This document shows, piece after piece, positions 1 to 12,487 of a DNA stretch of 64,000 nt (positions are counted from its first letter, which is position 1; every line of letters begins with the position of its first letter). This DNA is from an uncultured Flavobacteriaceae bacterium (GTDB lineage Bacteria > Bacteroidota > Bacteroidia > Flavobacteriales > Flavobacteriaceae). The DNA lies in the NCBI GenBank assembly GCA_964386915.1, contig CAYLUQ010000005.1, positions 25,572 through 89,571 on the forward strand, read 5' to 3'. A program made the translations under genes and the position numbers. The notes under the pieces are model-generated. The model saw only the letters and a program-made list of their open reading frames with translations, had not been told where the DNA came from and made no database searches.

Positions 1-456
1 TTGTTCTTCCTCTTCTGTCTCCCCTTTTTAAACTGCGAAACAACGCCCAAAAAGGTAGCCACTCAACCCATCCAATTTAAAAAAGAAGCTGAATTGATAC
101 TCTACAATCAACAAAAGGACAGCATAGCCAAATTGGATATTGAATTAGCCACAACAGACTATGAACGTCAAACAGGCATGATGTATCGCAGAGAAATGCT
201 CCCCCAACAAGGCATGCTCTTTGTTTTTCAGTCGGCGGAACCCAGAGCCTTTTATATGAAAAATACCTATATCTCCTTGGATATCTTGTTTGTTAATGAA
301 GAACAAGAGATTTTTCAAATCGTAGAAAAAGCACCTCCTAAAAGTTTAACCAATATTAGCTCTACGGCTCCAGCAAAATATGTGCTTGAACTGTTAGGTG
401 GACAAGCTGAAAAACTTCAAATTCAAGAGGGATATTCAATTAAATGGACACCATGA
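1..456 (+). CDS. DUF192 domain protein (N-terminus probably cut by window edge)
   Basis: ORF is open to base 1. DUF192 core recognised by eye: GMMYR..GMLFVF..FYMKNTYISLDILFV..KYVLEL. Hydrophobic leader with lipobox-like FLNC. Confidence 0.75.
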   Translation: MFFLFCLPFLNCETTPKKVATQPIQFKKEAELILYNQQKDSIAKLDIELATTDYERQTGMMYRREMLPQQGMLFVFQSAEPRAFYMKNTYISLDILFVNEEQEIFQIVEKAPPKSLTNISSTAPAKYVLELLGGQAEKLQIQEGYSIKWTP

Positions 457-992
457 TGACAAACGAAAATACTCTACAATATCCCATTGGTCGCTTTGAA
501 TGGAAAACGCAACTTTCAGCAGAAGAAAGAAAACGTGCCTTGGAAACTTTGGCAAGCTTTCCTGCTAAACTAGAAGAATTTATGCAGGGTTTTCCTGCAA
601 GCCTATTAAGCAAACGCTATCGTCCAGAGGGATGGAATGTTATTCAGCTTATTCATCATTTAGCCGACAGCCACCTACACAGTTTTATGCGTTGCAAGCA
701 TGCACTTTTAGAAGATACCCCAAAGATTAAAGATTATCAAGAAAAGGACTGGGCCAATACCACAGATGCCTCTCAGGCTGACATAGCGATAAGCATTTCT
801 TTGCTGAAGGCTCTTCACCAACGGTGGGTTATTTTCTTTAAATCGCTCACAGAAGAGGAATTTCAAAGAGCCTATTTTCATCCAGAACGCCATAAAAATT
901 ATCCGCTAGATACGGTTTTAGCCCTCTATGCCTGGCATGGAGAACACCACTTAGCGCACCTTAAATTGGTGTTGGAAAATCCCTATGATTAA
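444..992 (+). CDS. DinB/YfiT-like putative metal-dependent hydrolase
   Basis: 182-aa ORF with DinB_2-type His motifs LIHHLADSHLHSF and AWHGEHHLAHL. ATG at 444 overlaps the upstream stop; alternative ATGs at 453 and 456. Confidence 0.75.
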   Translation: MDTMMTNENTLQYPIGRFEWKTQLSAEERKRALETLASFPAKLEEFMQGFPASLLSKRYRPEGWNVIQLIHHLADSHLHSFMRCKHALLEDTPKIKDYQEKDWANTTDASQADIAISISLLKALHQRWVIFFKSLTEEEFQRAYFHPERHKNYPLDTVLALYAWHGEHHLAHLKLVLENPYD

Positions 993-1009
993 TGGCTTTC
1001 GGCTGAACG

Positions 1010-3970
1010 TTATGTTGCGTCGCTTTCTTTATTCTTTTGGGTGTCATACATTACCGGAGTGGCAATAAAAACAGAAGAATAGGTTCCTACAACCACACCA
1101 ACAATTAGTGCAAACATAAATCCTCTAATAGAATCGCCTCCAAAGATAAAGATGGCTAACAGCACCAAGAGGGTTGTTAATGAGGTATTTAAGGTTCTAC
1201 TGAGTGTGCTGTTTAGGGCCGTATCTACTACTTTTCCTAGTTTCCACTGGCTTTGTTCGTTGATATATTCTCGAATACGATCAAAAACAACTACTGTATC
1301 GTTTAGTGAATATCCGATCACCGTTAAAATTGCTGCAATAAAAGCTTGGTTAATTTCCATGTTGAACGGCATAATTTTATAGGTCAAAGAAAAGATTCCT
1401 AATACAATAAGCACGTCGTGGAAAACGGCCGTAACTGCTCCTAAAGAAAATTGCCATTTTCTAAAACGGAAGAGGATATAGAGAAATACAACTACCAAAG
1501 AACCCAATACCGCTAAAAACGAATTTTTCTTAATATCGTCAGCAATCGTTGGACCTACTTTGATAGAAGACATGATGCCTACGGTTTTTTCAGCACTTCC
1601 ATTCACAAATTCGTCAAAGGAATAGCCATCTGGCAGATAAGGCAGTAAACTCGTATACATTTTATTCTGGATTTCGTTATCGACAGCAATGCCTTCGACA
1701 TCTACCTTATATTTAGTGGTGATTTTAAGCTGATTTTGTTGACCAAAAGTTTTTACCTCAGCACTACCGAAAGTGTTGTTTAGCACACTTCCAATTTCGT
1801 TGGCACTAACCGGGTTTTCAAATCGAACCACATAAGAACGTCCTCCTACAAAATCAACCCCTTGGTTAAGCCCTTGAAAAGTTAAGGAGGCTAAACTAAC
1901 CAAAATCATTACTGCCGAAAAGGCATAGGCAATTTTTCGTTTACCTAAAAACACAAGATTGAGTTTTGAAAATAAATTTTGTGTGAGGGAAGTAGAAAAT
2001 GTTAAGGAATTTGATTTTTTACTTCTTGCATCAACTAAAAGTCTTGTGATGAAAATGGCTGAAAACAAAGAAGTGGCAATACCAATTAACAATGTGGTGG
2101 CAAAACCTTTAATAGGTCCTGTACCGAAAATAAATAAGATGATAGCTGTTAAACCGGTAGTGATATTTGCATCTAAAATGGAGGAAAGAGCATTGTTAAA
2201 TCCGTCTGCAATAGACTTGCTTAAGCCTTTTCCTTTTTTAAGTTCTTCTCGAACGCGTTCAAAAATTAGCACATTGGCATCTACTGACATACCAATGGTG
2301 AGAACAATACCTGCAATTCCGGGTAGCGTTAACACTGCTCCTAACCCTGCTAGAATACCAAATATGAATAAAATGTTGAGCAACAGGGCAATGTCTGCAA
2401 AGAGACCTGAAAAACCATAATAAAACATCATCCATATTAAAACAATGAGCAAGGCGATGGCAAAGGAATAAATCCCTGCTTGAATGGCTTCTTTTCCGAG
2501 CGAAGGTCCCACAATTTCGGATTGAATAATTTCGGCAGAAGCAGGTAGTTTTCCGGCCCGTAAAACGTTGGCTAAGTCTATAGCCTCATTGAGGGTAAAA
2601 TCTCCTGTAATTTCAGAACGACCTCCGGCAATTGCGCCATTGGTAACACCGGGTGCTGAATAGACTACATCATCTAAAACAATGGCTATAAAACCACCTT
2701 CTCTAAAGGCTTTTCCTGTCATATTTTCCCAAGTGCGAGCCCCAGTAGCGTTCATTTGCATGGACACTGAGGGTAGTCCAACTTGATTGTAAGATTGAAC
2801 AGCATCAACCACTACTCCTCCACTTAAAGGAGCTTCATTGTTGCGGTTAGACTGAAGTGCATATAAATCGGCAATTTCACTATTGGCAGCAGGTTTGCCC
2901 CAAACAAAACGGGCATAGCGATATTTGGGAGGCAATAGTTTTCTAGCTTCTGGATTGTTGAGGTAGGCCATTACTGTTTCTTGATCCTTAACGGCAAATT
3001 GAGCCAAAACAGGTCCGCCTTGAAATCCATAGCCCCGAATTAAATCCAACACAGGATTTCGGTTTGCTAAGGCCGTAGAGTCTGGCGTTTCAATGTCGGC
3101 CAGTAAATCGTCAATTTCGGAGCTTTCAGTTTCTGTTTCCTCGGCTTGTGTGGGGTTTTCTTTTTCTAAGTTGTTTTTAGCAACTTCATTGGCTTGCATT
3201 AAATAGCCAGCAATTTCATCGCTTTTAAAAGTTTCCCAAAACTCTAACTGGGCAGTGCTTTGCAATAAGTTTTGAATACGCTCCACATCTTTAGCTCCAG
3301 GCAATTCAACCAATATTCGCCCTGAATTTCCTAATCGTTGAATATTGGGTTGAGTAACGCCAAATTTGTCAATACGTTTGCGCAATACTTCAAAAGCCGA
3401 AACGATAGACTCGTCAATTTTTCGACGCAAAACAACTTGAGTTTGTGCATCAGCCATATCAAAAGTAATGTCATCACTAAGGGTGCGATTGGCAAAAATA
3501 TCGGGAGAGGCTAAAGTGGTGGTTCCTTTAAGTGCGTCAAAGGCTGTGAAAAAAGATTCGATATAGGGAACATCACTTTCTTTTTGGAGTTTATCGGCTT
3601 CTTCCAATGCCTCATTAAAAATGGGATTTCTTGAGTTTTCAGCAAGTCCTTTTAAAATGTCTTTAATGGAAATTTGAAGGATAACATTTATCCCGCCTTT
3701 AAGATCCAATCCTTTATTTAATTCTTTTCCTTTGGCATCTACATAGGTAGTAAAGCCATAGAGCGAATTAGCTCCAAGAGAGTCTAAATAATTTAAAGCA
3801 ATACGTTCTCTTTCTTCCAAATAGTTGGGGGAGCTATCTGAAACACGTTGTGCCGCAAATTGAGCTGCCTTTTCCTCCTGTTGGTTGGTGATAAACGTAA
3901 ATGAAAGTTGATAAATACTGACAATGGCAAATAGAATTCCGAAAATTCTAACTAAGGCGTTGTTCTGCAT
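1010..3970 (-). CDS. secDF: protein translocase subunit SecDF (fused SecD-SecF)
   Basis: About 986 aa with two multi-TM blocks. Motifs LDLKGGINV, IAGIVLTIGMSVDANVLIFERVREE and GYSLNDTVVVFDRIRE. ATG at 3970 is preferred over the ORF-track TTG at 4003, which lies inside a candidate -7 box. Confidence 0.95.
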   Translation of the reverse strand: MQNNALVRIFGILFAIVSIYQLSFTFITNQQEEKAAQFAAQRVSDSSPNYLEERERIALNYLDSLGANSLYGFTTYVDAKGKELNKGLDLKGGINVILQISIKDILKGLAENSRNPIFNEALEEADKLQKESDVPYIESFFTAFDALKGTTTLASPDIFANRTLSDDITFDMADAQTQVVLRRKIDESIVSAFEVLRKRIDKFGVTQPNIQRLGNSGRILVELPGAKDVERIQNLLQSTAQLEFWETFKSDEIAGYLMQANEVAKNNLEKENPTQAEETETESSEIDDLLADIETPDSTALANRNPVLDLIRGYGFQGGPVLAQFAVKDQETVMAYLNNPEARKLLPPKYRYARFVWGKPAANSEIADLYALQSNRNNEAPLSGGVVVDAVQSYNQVGLPSVSMQMNATGARTWENMTGKAFREGGFIAIVLDDVVYSAPGVTNGAIAGGRSEITGDFTLNEAIDLANVLRAGKLPASAEIIQSEIVGPSLGKEAIQAGIYSFAIALLIVLIWMMFYYGFSGLFADIALLLNILFIFGILAGLGAVLTLPGIAGIVLTIGMSVDANVLIFERVREELKKGKGLSKSIADGFNNALSSILDANITTGLTAIILFIFGTGPIKGFATTLLIGIATSLFSAIFITRLLVDARSKKSNSLTFSTSLTQNLFSKLNLVFLGKRKIAYAFSAVMILVSLASLTFQGLNQGVDFVGGRSYVVRFENPVSANEIGSVLNNTFGSAEVKTFGQQNQLKITTKYKVDVEGIAVDNEIQNKMYTSLLPYLPDGYSFDEFVNGSAEKTVGIMSSIKVGPTIADDIKKNSFLAVLGSLVVVFLYILFRFRKWQFSLGAVTAVFHDVLIVLGIFSLTYKIMPFNMEINQAFIAAILTVIGYSLNDTVVVFDRIREYINEQSQWKLGKVVDTALNSTLSRTLNTSLTTLLVLLAIFIFGGDSIRGFMFALIVGVVVGTYSSVFIATPVMYDTQKNKESDAT

Positions 3971-4000
3971 AGTTTTAGTTTTAAGCACAATAAAGGCGTG

Positions 4001-4008
4001 CAAATATA
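4001..4008 (-). promoter_or_regulatory. candidate Bacteroidota sigma-A -7 box TATATTTG upstream of secDF
   Basis: Exact match to TAnnTTTG on the minus strand, 30 nt upstream of ATG 3970. Confidence 0.4.
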
Positions 4009-4058
4009 GGATTAAACCTATGATTTAACAACTCTCATTGTGATTTCATGGGATGGTG

Positions 4059-4991
4059 TTAGAGAACGGTTTGAAGTGCGTCATTCATGTTGCGAACGGC
4101 TGCAGCACTTTGGTTAAACTTTTCTTGTTCAACAGCATTGAGATCTAAAGACACTATAGAGGCTACTCCACTTGCATCGATAATACAGGGAACCCCAATA
4201 CAGATGTCATTTTGACCGTATTCACCATCTAAATAGACCGAACAAGGAATCATTCTTTTTTGGTCGTTTAAAATACTATCAACCAAATAGGCTACCGAGG
4301 CACCGGGTGCATACCATGCGGAAGTACCCAATAATTTGGTGAGGGTAGCACCACCCACCATAGTATCAGCAGCCACTTGCTCTAATGCTGTTTGAGATAA
4401 AAATTGTGAAACCGGAACACCGTTGTAGCTGGCCAATCGGGTGAGGGGAATCATAGTGGTGTCTCCATGTCCGCCAATAACCATACCGTGAATATCGTTA
4501 GCAGGCTTTTGTAAAGCTAAGGACAAATATGTTTTAAATCGAGAGCTATCTAACGCACCGCCCATACCAATGATTCTATTTTTGGGAAGACCAGTGGCTT
4601 TCAGTGCCAAATAGGTCATGGTATCCATAGGGTTGGAAACCACAACAATGATAGCCTCAGGAGAATGTTCGAGTATGTTTTCAGAAACGCTTTTTACAAT
4701 ACCGGCATTGATGCCAATGAGTTCTTCTCGGGTCATTCCGGGCTTTCTGGGAATCCCGGACGTAATGACCACCACATCGCTACCCGCTGTGGCTTTATAA
4801 TTGTTCGTTACCCCTTCAATGGAGGTATTAAATCCTAGCGTTGTTGCGGTTTGATAGAGGTCTAACGCTTTTCCTTCGGCGAAGCCTTCTTTAATATCTA
4901 GCAGTACAACTTTACTGGCAATTCGTTTTAAAGCAATATATTCTGCACATGAGGCACCTACGTTTCCAGCGCCCACAATTGTTACCTTCAT
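4059..4991 (-). CDS. mdh: malate dehydrogenase (LDH-like type)
   Basis: 310 aa with Rossmann start MKVTIVGAGNVGAS and IGGHGDTTMIPL. Length and motifs are typical of Bacteroidota Mdh. Confidence 0.93.
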   Translation of the reverse strand: MKVTIVGAGNVGASCAEYIALKRIASKVVLLDIKEGFAEGKALDLYQTATTLGFNTSIEGVTNNYKATAGSDVVVITSGIPRKPGMTREELIGINAGIVKSVSENILEHSPEAIIVVVSNPMDTMTYLALKATGLPKNRIIGMGGALDSSRFKTYLSLALQKPANDIHGMVIGGHGDTTMIPLTRLASYNGVPVSQFLSQTALEQVAADTMVGGATLTKLLGTSAWYAPGASVAYLVDSILNDQKRMIPCSVYLDGEYGQNDICIGVPCIIDASGVASIVSLDLNAVEQEKFNQSAAAVRNMNDALQTVL

Positions 4992-5035
4992 GATCTTTCT
5001 AATTTAAATAGTTGAAGTGGTTTCTAAAATCCCCG

Positions 5036-5043
5036 CAAAGTTA
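5036..5043 (-). promoter_or_regulatory. candidate -7 box TAACTTTG upstream of mdh
   Basis: Exact TAnnTTTG match on the minus strand, 44 nt upstream of ATG 4991. Confidence 0.35.
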
Positions 5044-5080
5044 AAAAATTCATTTTGGAGGGTTCGCAAATTTGGATGAA

Positions 5081-7036
<1,956 letters not shown>

Positions 7037-7058
7037 TTAAACCTTGTGGGGCACTACA

Positions 7059-7066
7059 CAAATATA
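7059..7066 (-). promoter_or_regulatory. candidate -7 box TATATTTG upstream of gyrB
   Basis: Exact TAnnTTTG match on the minus strand, 37 nt upstream of ATG 7021. Confidence 0.4.
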
Positions 7067-7136
7067 CGGATAACCCCAGTGGAATTAAGCCCTGCAACAG
7101 GGTTTTAGGAACGAAGTTATTAACACTAAATTGTAG

Positions 7137-7160
7137 AAAAAAAGCCTTCAAAAGAAGGCT
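7137..7160 (-). terminator. rho-independent terminator after asnB
   Basis: On the minus strand: stem AGCCTTC, loop TTTT, stem GAAGGCT, then a T7 run. It lies 27 nt downstream of the asnB stop. Confidence 0.7.
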
Positions 7161-7186
7161 TTAATTGGTTTAAAAATAGGATACTC

Positions 7187-8851
7187 TCAATAGGATTTTT
7201 GATGCACTTTGGCAACCGCTCTTCCACTGGGGTCATTTTGGTTTTTGAAGGCCTCATCCCAAGCCAAAGCCACAGGAGTGCTACAAGCCACTGAAGGCAC
7301 TGAGGGAACGCTCAAAGCGGCTGCTTCACTAGGGAAATGTTCTTCAAAAATTGTGCGATAATAAAACTCTTCTTTGTTTTGTGGCGTTTGCGTTGGAAAG
7401 CGATAGTGTGCATTTTCCATTTGTTCATCAGAAACTTTTTCGTTAACCAACTCCTTTAAGGTGTCAATCCAACTGTATCCAACTCCATCAGAAAATTGCT
7501 CTTTTTGACGCCAAGTCACGCTTTCGGGCAAATAGTCTTCAAAAGCTTTGCGAACGACCCATTTTTCCATGCGCTCGGGTGTAATCATTTTGTCTTGCGG
7601 GTTGACGCGCATTGCCACCTCAATAAATTCTTTGTCCAAAAAAGGCACTCTCCCTTCAATGCCCCAAGCAGCCAAGGATTTATTAGCGCGTAGGCAATCA
7701 TATTGGTGCAATTTTTCCAATTTACGAACGGTTTCTTCATGAAATTCTTTTGCATTGGGAGCCTTGTGGAAATAGAGATAACCACCAAAGAGCTCATCGG
7801 CCCCTTCGCCAGATAAAACCATTTTTATTCCCAAGGCTTTTATGGCACGAGCCATCAAATACATAGGCGTAGATGCTCTTACGGTTGTCACATCATAGGT
7901 CTCCAGATGGTAAATCACTTCTCTTATGGCATCTAAGCCTTCTTGAATGGTGAATTTAATTTCATGGTGAACGGTGCCAATATGTTGGGCTACTTTTTGG
8001 GCTGCTTCTAAATCGGGAGAACCTTCAAGGCCAACTGAAAAAGAGTGGAGTTGTGGCCACCAAGCCGGTTGTTGATCTTCAGACTCTACACGCATAGGGG
8101 CAAATTTCTTAGCCAAAGCCGAAGTGATTGAAGAATCTAATCCACCCGATAACAAAACCCCGTAGGGCACATCGCTCATTAACTGTCTGTGCACGGCGGC
8201 AGATAGGGCATCGTGTAAATCTTGAATAGAGGTGGTATTGTTTTTTACCTTGTCAAAAGATTTCCATTCGGGCGTATACCATTGCACGGGTTCTTTTTCG
8301 GCACTATGCCAATAGTGTCCGGGAGGGAATAACTCAATTTTAGTACAAACACCTTCTAATGCTTTTAATTCTGAGGCCACATAGAAAGTTCCGTGGATAT
8401 CCCAACCCATATAAAGGGGAATGATTCCCATATGATCTCGTGCAATAAAATATTCGTCCTTATCGGCGTCATAAATCGCAAAAGCAAAAATTCCGTTGAG
8501 TTTTGACACAAATTCTTTTCCGTGCTTTTCATAGAGTGCCAAAAGGACCTCACAATCGGATTCCGTTTGGAAGGGATAATTAGGCACCTCAGAAGATTTG
8601 AGTTCCTTATGGTTATAGATTTCTCCATTGGCGGCTAAAACCAGCGATTTAGTTGGGTTAAAAAGCGGTTGCTTTCCTGAGGTAGGATCTACAATAGCCA
8701 GACGCTCATGAGCCATAACAGCATTAGTTGCGCTGTATATTCCACTCCAATCGGGACCTCTATGGCGCAGGTGTTTAGACATCTCCAACAATTGAGGTCG
8801 CAATACTTCTGCATCTTGTTTCAAATCAAAGGCACAAACTATTCCACACAT
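7187..8851 (-). CDS. asnB: asparagine synthase B (glutamine-hydrolysing)
   Basis: 554 aa with N-terminal MCGI (Cys2 nucleophile) and PP-loop SGGLDSS. Confidence 0.95.
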   Translation of the reverse strand: MCGIVCAFDLKQDAEVLRPQLLEMSKHLRHRGPDWSGIYSATNAVMAHERLAIVDPTSGKQPLFNPTKSLVLAANGEIYNHKELKSSEVPNYPFQTESDCEVLLALYEKHGKEFVSKLNGIFAFAIYDADKDEYFIARDHMGIIPLYMGWDIHGTFYVASELKALEGVCTKIELFPPGHYWHSAEKEPVQWYTPEWKSFDKVKNNTTSIQDLHDALSAAVHRQLMSDVPYGVLLSGGLDSSITSALAKKFAPMRVESEDQQPAWWPQLHSFSVGLEGSPDLEAAQKVAQHIGTVHHEIKFTIQEGLDAIREVIYHLETYDVTTVRASTPMYLMARAIKALGIKMVLSGEGADELFGGYLYFHKAPNAKEFHEETVRKLEKLHQYDCLRANKSLAAWGIEGRVPFLDKEFIEVAMRVNPQDKMITPERMEKWVVRKAFEDYLPESVTWRQKEQFSDGVGYSWIDTLKELVNEKVSDEQMENAHYRFPTQTPQNKEEFYYRTIFEEHFPSEAAALSVPSVPSVACSTPVALAWDEAFKNQNDPSGRAVAKVHQKSY

Positions 8852-8867
8852 AATTAAATATTTTGAG

Positions 8868-8875
8868 CAAATATA
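8868..8875 (-). promoter_or_regulatory. candidate -7 box TATATTTG upstream of asnB
   Basis: Exact TAnnTTTG match on the minus strand, 16 nt upstream of ATG 8851. Confidence 0.4.
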
Positions 8876-9008
8876 AAAGTGTTGTGAATGATATTAAATG
8901 AAAAAAGGTAAAAAGTGAATATTTTTAACTTTAAAGATTAATTTAAATAAAAATATTCAGTTTTATCTTGAGTAAGCTAAACTTCGCTAAAAAGAATTAA
9001 GTTAAAAG

Positions 9009-10658
9009 CTATCGATAGCGACGACTATAGACCAATTCACCATTAATGAAAGTGGCCACAACTTTAGTGCTTTCAATTCTTCTGGGAGAAACATGGAGTA
9101 AGTCTCGGTCTAGGATAATAAGGTCTGCCTTTTTTCCAATTTTAAGACTTCCTTTTTCGTTTTCTTCAAAATTGGCTTCAGCAGCCCAAATGGTCATTCC
9201 TCTTAGGGCATCCAAACGGGTAAGGGCCTTATCAGAAACGCCTTCTTCTCCCTCTTCTTCTTGTGGAGGATAAACAGCGGCTTCAAACGTGAGCATTGGA
9301 TTGACGTCTTCTACAGGAAAATCGGTGCCTAAAGCAATTCTTTCTGCACTATTCAAAAGGGCTTGATAGGCATAGGCTCCTGGCATACGGGCTTCTCCTA
9401 AACGTGCTTTGACCCATTCAAAATCACTTGATGCATGAGTGGGTTGCACAGAGGGAATTATTTTTCGGTTGAATAAGGCAATATCTGCCGTATCTAAAAC
9501 TTGGGCGTGTTCAATACGCCATCTAGGATCTTCTTTAAACACCAAAGCCTTACGGTAGGCGTTGAGCACGGCGGCATTGGCAGCATCGCCAATGGCATGC
9601 GTATTGAGTTGAAAGGGAGTGGTGGCAATTCTGTAGGCTATTTTTTCTATGCTGTCAATAGGAGTAACAAATAGGCCTTGGGTATCTGAGGCATCACTAT
9701 AGGGCTCTTTAAGGGCTGCACCTCTAGAACCAAGTGCTCCATCAGCATATAACTTAATGGATCGAACATGTAGTCGATCTGTTTTAAGGGGACCGTTTTT
9801 AAGAAAATAATCTAACGTATTGGGGTCATTTTGCAACATGCCATAAATTTTGATTTGCAATAAATCATTTTGTTGCAAACTATCGATTAAGAAAATATCT
9901 TCTTTTGAAAGTCCGGCATCCGTAACGGTTGTTAAACCATATGAAAAACAAATTTCTTCTGCTTTTTGGAGGGCCTCAACCTTTTGTCTTGTAGTTGGCT
10001 TGGGAATAAAAGGGGTTAATAAATCCATTGCATTGTCTATCAAAACCCCTGTGAGTCCGGCTTTGTCTTGCATTAAAACACCTCCTGCAACAGTGGTTTT
10101 TGTATCGACTCCAGCTATTTCTAAAGCCTTTTGATTGACCCATAGGGCATGGCCGTCAATACGGAAGAGAAAAACAGGTATGTCTGAAAAATGTTCATCT
10201 AATGCTGCCTTATGCGGAAAGCTTTTGTCTTCCCAATTGTTTTGGTCCCAACCAAAACCAACAATATAGCTAAGGTTTTGAGACGCTTTAAATTCTTGTG
10301 CACGGGTTATAATTTCTTCAATACTTTGGGTTCCCTTAAGATCCAATTGATTTAAACGCAATCCATATCCTAAAAAATGGGAATGGGCATCAATAAACCC
10401 AGGATAAACAGCTAGTGATTTTGCATCCACCACACTTTTGGCCTCATAACGCTCAATCAAATCGTTTCCAATATCTTGAATAATACCATCCTTAATGACG
10501 ATAGAGTTCGCTTTTGGCTGGTTTTTTTCAAAGGTGTGGATAGTGGCGTTGTGAATGATCAAATCTGCCTTTTCTTGGCAGGCAAAATGTAAAAAGGCAA
10601 AAAGAGTTAGCGCAATTAATTTTGTATAACGAATTTCACTTTTTAAATTTTGCATCAT
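9009..10658 (-). CDS. amidohydrolase family protein (YtcJ-like, exported/lipoprotein)
   Basis: Metal-binding GFIDAHSH, later HAIGD and GTDFPVE. Leader LTLFAFLHFACQ. ATG-ATG at 10658/10655 is chosen because the longer ORF-track start (10811) overlaps the upstream gene. Confidence 0.85.
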   Translation of the reverse strand: MMQNLKSEIRYTKLIALTLFAFLHFACQEKADLIIHNATIHTFEKNQPKANSIVIKDGIIQDIGNDLIERYEAKSVVDAKSLAVYPGFIDAHSHFLGYGLRLNQLDLKGTQSIEEIITRAQEFKASQNLSYIVGFGWDQNNWEDKSFPHKAALDEHFSDIPVFLFRIDGHALWVNQKALEIAGVDTKTTVAGGVLMQDKAGLTGVLIDNAMDLLTPFIPKPTTRQKVEALQKAEEICFSYGLTTVTDAGLSKEDIFLIDSLQQNDLLQIKIYGMLQNDPNTLDYFLKNGPLKTDRLHVRSIKLYADGALGSRGAALKEPYSDASDTQGLFVTPIDSIEKIAYRIATTPFQLNTHAIGDAANAAVLNAYRKALVFKEDPRWRIEHAQVLDTADIALFNRKIIPSVQPTHASSDFEWVKARLGEARMPGAYAYQALLNSAERIALGTDFPVEDVNPMLTFEAAVYPPQEEEGEEGVSDKALTRLDALRGMTIWAAEANFEENEKGSLKIGKKADLIILDRDLLHVSPRRIESTKVVATFINGELVYSRRYR

Positions 10659-10744
10659 AGCTAAGCAATTTTTATTTGCGGCACAAAAATACATATTCTT
10701 TGAATTTCCAAAACCTTCTCTTAACTTTTTTATCACAAGATTCA

Positions 10745-12487
10745 CTACCGATTCATTTTGTATCGAATTCCAGCTAAAAACAAATAGCTTGGTTGTGGGT
10801 AGTAGCCCCATAAACCATGGGTAGCACTATTGGTGAATCGTCCTTTAACAAAAACATCAAAGGGTTCTTTTATTTTATAGTTTAACCCCAGGGTGGTTTG
10901 CATATATAGCGGTAGTTTTTCTTTATCACTAACTCTATTTGGATCAATTTCTAAGGTGTTAAAAACAGGCAAAAGCGCAGCGGTTCGTTCTCCTACTACT
11001 TCGGTGTTAAAAACAAAACTTAAGTTAGCCCAATTAAATTGTCCGTTGCTTCCCAATTTGAGTTGTGGGATATTCCACAAAACACTTTGGTCAGGAGTTT
11101 GATAGGACAAATATTGGATCTCAAAATCCAAATGATTTTGACGGGCAAAATCAAAACCTAATTGGGCTCTAAAATCATAACGAGTTGCATTCACATAACG
11201 AACTTCAAAAGCATTTGACAAACGATAAGCTCTATTATTATGCGCTGGATCATAGGGCAAACGCTTAAACAAAGAGAGGTTTTCTAGTTGGTCATAACCC
11301 AAACTAAAATTAAAGGACAACACATTGGCTTGGGAATGGCGAACTCCTACTCTAGCGTTGTATTTTTGCCATAAAGGTTGCAAGTCTACTACCGGAGCGA
11401 GAAAAGGATTTTGAATAGAAAAAGTGGTATAATTCCCAAGCGTTGTGGCGCCATTGGCATTTAGATAAGGAATTACTTTAGCCTTGTTGGCTTGATAGGA
11501 CAGTGCAATTTTAGGGTAATATTGCAAAGCTGTTCCTTGCAAATTGTCAACTAACACATAGGAAACGCCGGCACCAACTTTAATTTTTAATTCGTTTTCT
11601 ATTTGTTTCCAAGCCACCTCTAGGGACCCTTTTCCATTTTGATAGCTTTTGGCAGTGTTATCGAAATAGCTCTCCTTAAAACTGCTTGCCACCCCTGCTA
11701 CCTCTGCGCCAATTGCGAGCTCTCCTTCAAAAAGGGGCACGCCAGCTTTTACTAATAAGAGCAAGGTTTGCTCATTGGTTTGATAATTATCTGTCGTGAT
11801 ATCGGATTTAAAATCCATTTCTTGAAGCACTCCATCATACCATTGCCAGCGGCTGTTTATTTGCATGTAGTTTCGAATGATTTCAGGTTGAATTGAGTTG
11901 AGCAATAAAGCATCCCAATTGCGGTCATATAAACCAAAATAATTGTAGCCAGCCCTATTATAACTCAGCTTGCTATCTCCTCTGAAATTATTGTTTTTTA
12001 AGGCGTGTTGTACGCCCAAAAACAAATGACTTTGGTTGCTTTCCAACAACGTGTTGTTAACGTTTCCTCTAAATCCATCATGGTAGAGCATGGCCCCAAA
12101 TTGCTGTTCTCGGTCAATTGCAATGGTGGTAGATAGATCGAGATAAAGCTGCCCTTTTGAGCCATAACCAAACCCTAAAAGCGTGTTGTAGGGTTTTTCT
12201 GGAGCGGTTCTGATTAATTCAAGAGGATTGGCTTTGTTGGGTTCAAAGGTTTCCATCACCGGAATAGAAAGAATAGCATAGTTTAATGGGCGTTTTTGAG
12301 TGGCTATTGAATCGGGAATTTCAGGATTGGTTTTGATTTGAAATACATCTGACAGACTTGGGTTATAGGATTTTACCACGGTTACTTGTTGAGTAGCTAA
12401 ACTCGTTGAGTCGCGCTCTTGTCCCCATATACTGGTAACAGAAAAGAAACAAAAAATTCCAATAAGTACAATATTATTCTTCAACAT
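10745..12487 (-). CDS. hypothetical outer-membrane beta-barrel-like protein
   Basis: 580 aa with signal peptide MLKNNIVLIGIFCFFSVTSIWGQ. Aromatic/Gly-rich alternating pattern throughout. Start overlaps the TPR gene stop by 14 nt. No specific family recognised. Confidence 0.7.
   Translation of the reverse strand: MLKNNIVLIGIFCFFSVTSIWGQERDSTSLATQQVTVVKSYNPSLSDVFQIKTNPEIPDSIATQKRPLNYAILSIPVMETFEPNKANPLELIRTAPEKPYNTLLGFGYGSKGQLYLDLSTTIAIDREQQFGAMLYHDGFRGNVNNTLLESNQSHLFLGVQHALKNNNFRGDSKLSYNRAGYNYFGLYDRNWDALLLNSIQPEIIRNYMQINSRWQWYDGVLQEMDFKSDITTDNYQTNEQTLLLLVKAGVPLFEGELAIGAEVAGVASSFKESYFDNTAKSYQNGKGSLEVAWKQIENELKIKVGAGVSYVLVDNLQGTALQYYPKIALSYQANKAKVIPYLNANGATTLGNYTTFSIQNPFLAPVVDLQPLWQKYNARVGVRHSQANVLSFNFSLGYDQLENLSLFKRLPYDPAHNNRAYRLSNAFEVRYVNATRYDFRAQLGFDFARQNHLDFEIQYLSYQTPDQSVLWNIPQLKLGSNGQFNWANLSFVFNTEVVGERTAALLPVFNTLEIDPNRVSDKEKLPLYMQTTLGLNYKIKEPFDVFVKGRFTNSATHGLWGYYPQPSYLFLAGIRYKMNR

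Noticed and set aside
1959-2420. 153-aa ORF antisense to secDF (also 1152-1382).
   Set aside because: It lies entirely inside a well-supported 986-aa membrane protein gene on the other strand. The translation is low-complexity with no recognisable motif, typical of a shadow ORF.
7090-7107. Hairpin CCCTG-CAA-CAGGG followed by TTTT between asnB and gyrB.
   Set aside because: The stem core is only 5 bp, and the T-run is on the plus strand, where no gene ends. The stronger minus-strand terminator at 7137-7160 already explains asnB termination.
10659-10811. N-terminal extension of the amidohydrolase ORF (ORF-track start at 10811).
   Set aside because: It would overlap the 3' end of the upstream beta-barrel gene by 67 nt and precede the obvious signal peptide. 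The ATG at 10658 gives a normal lipoprotein leader.
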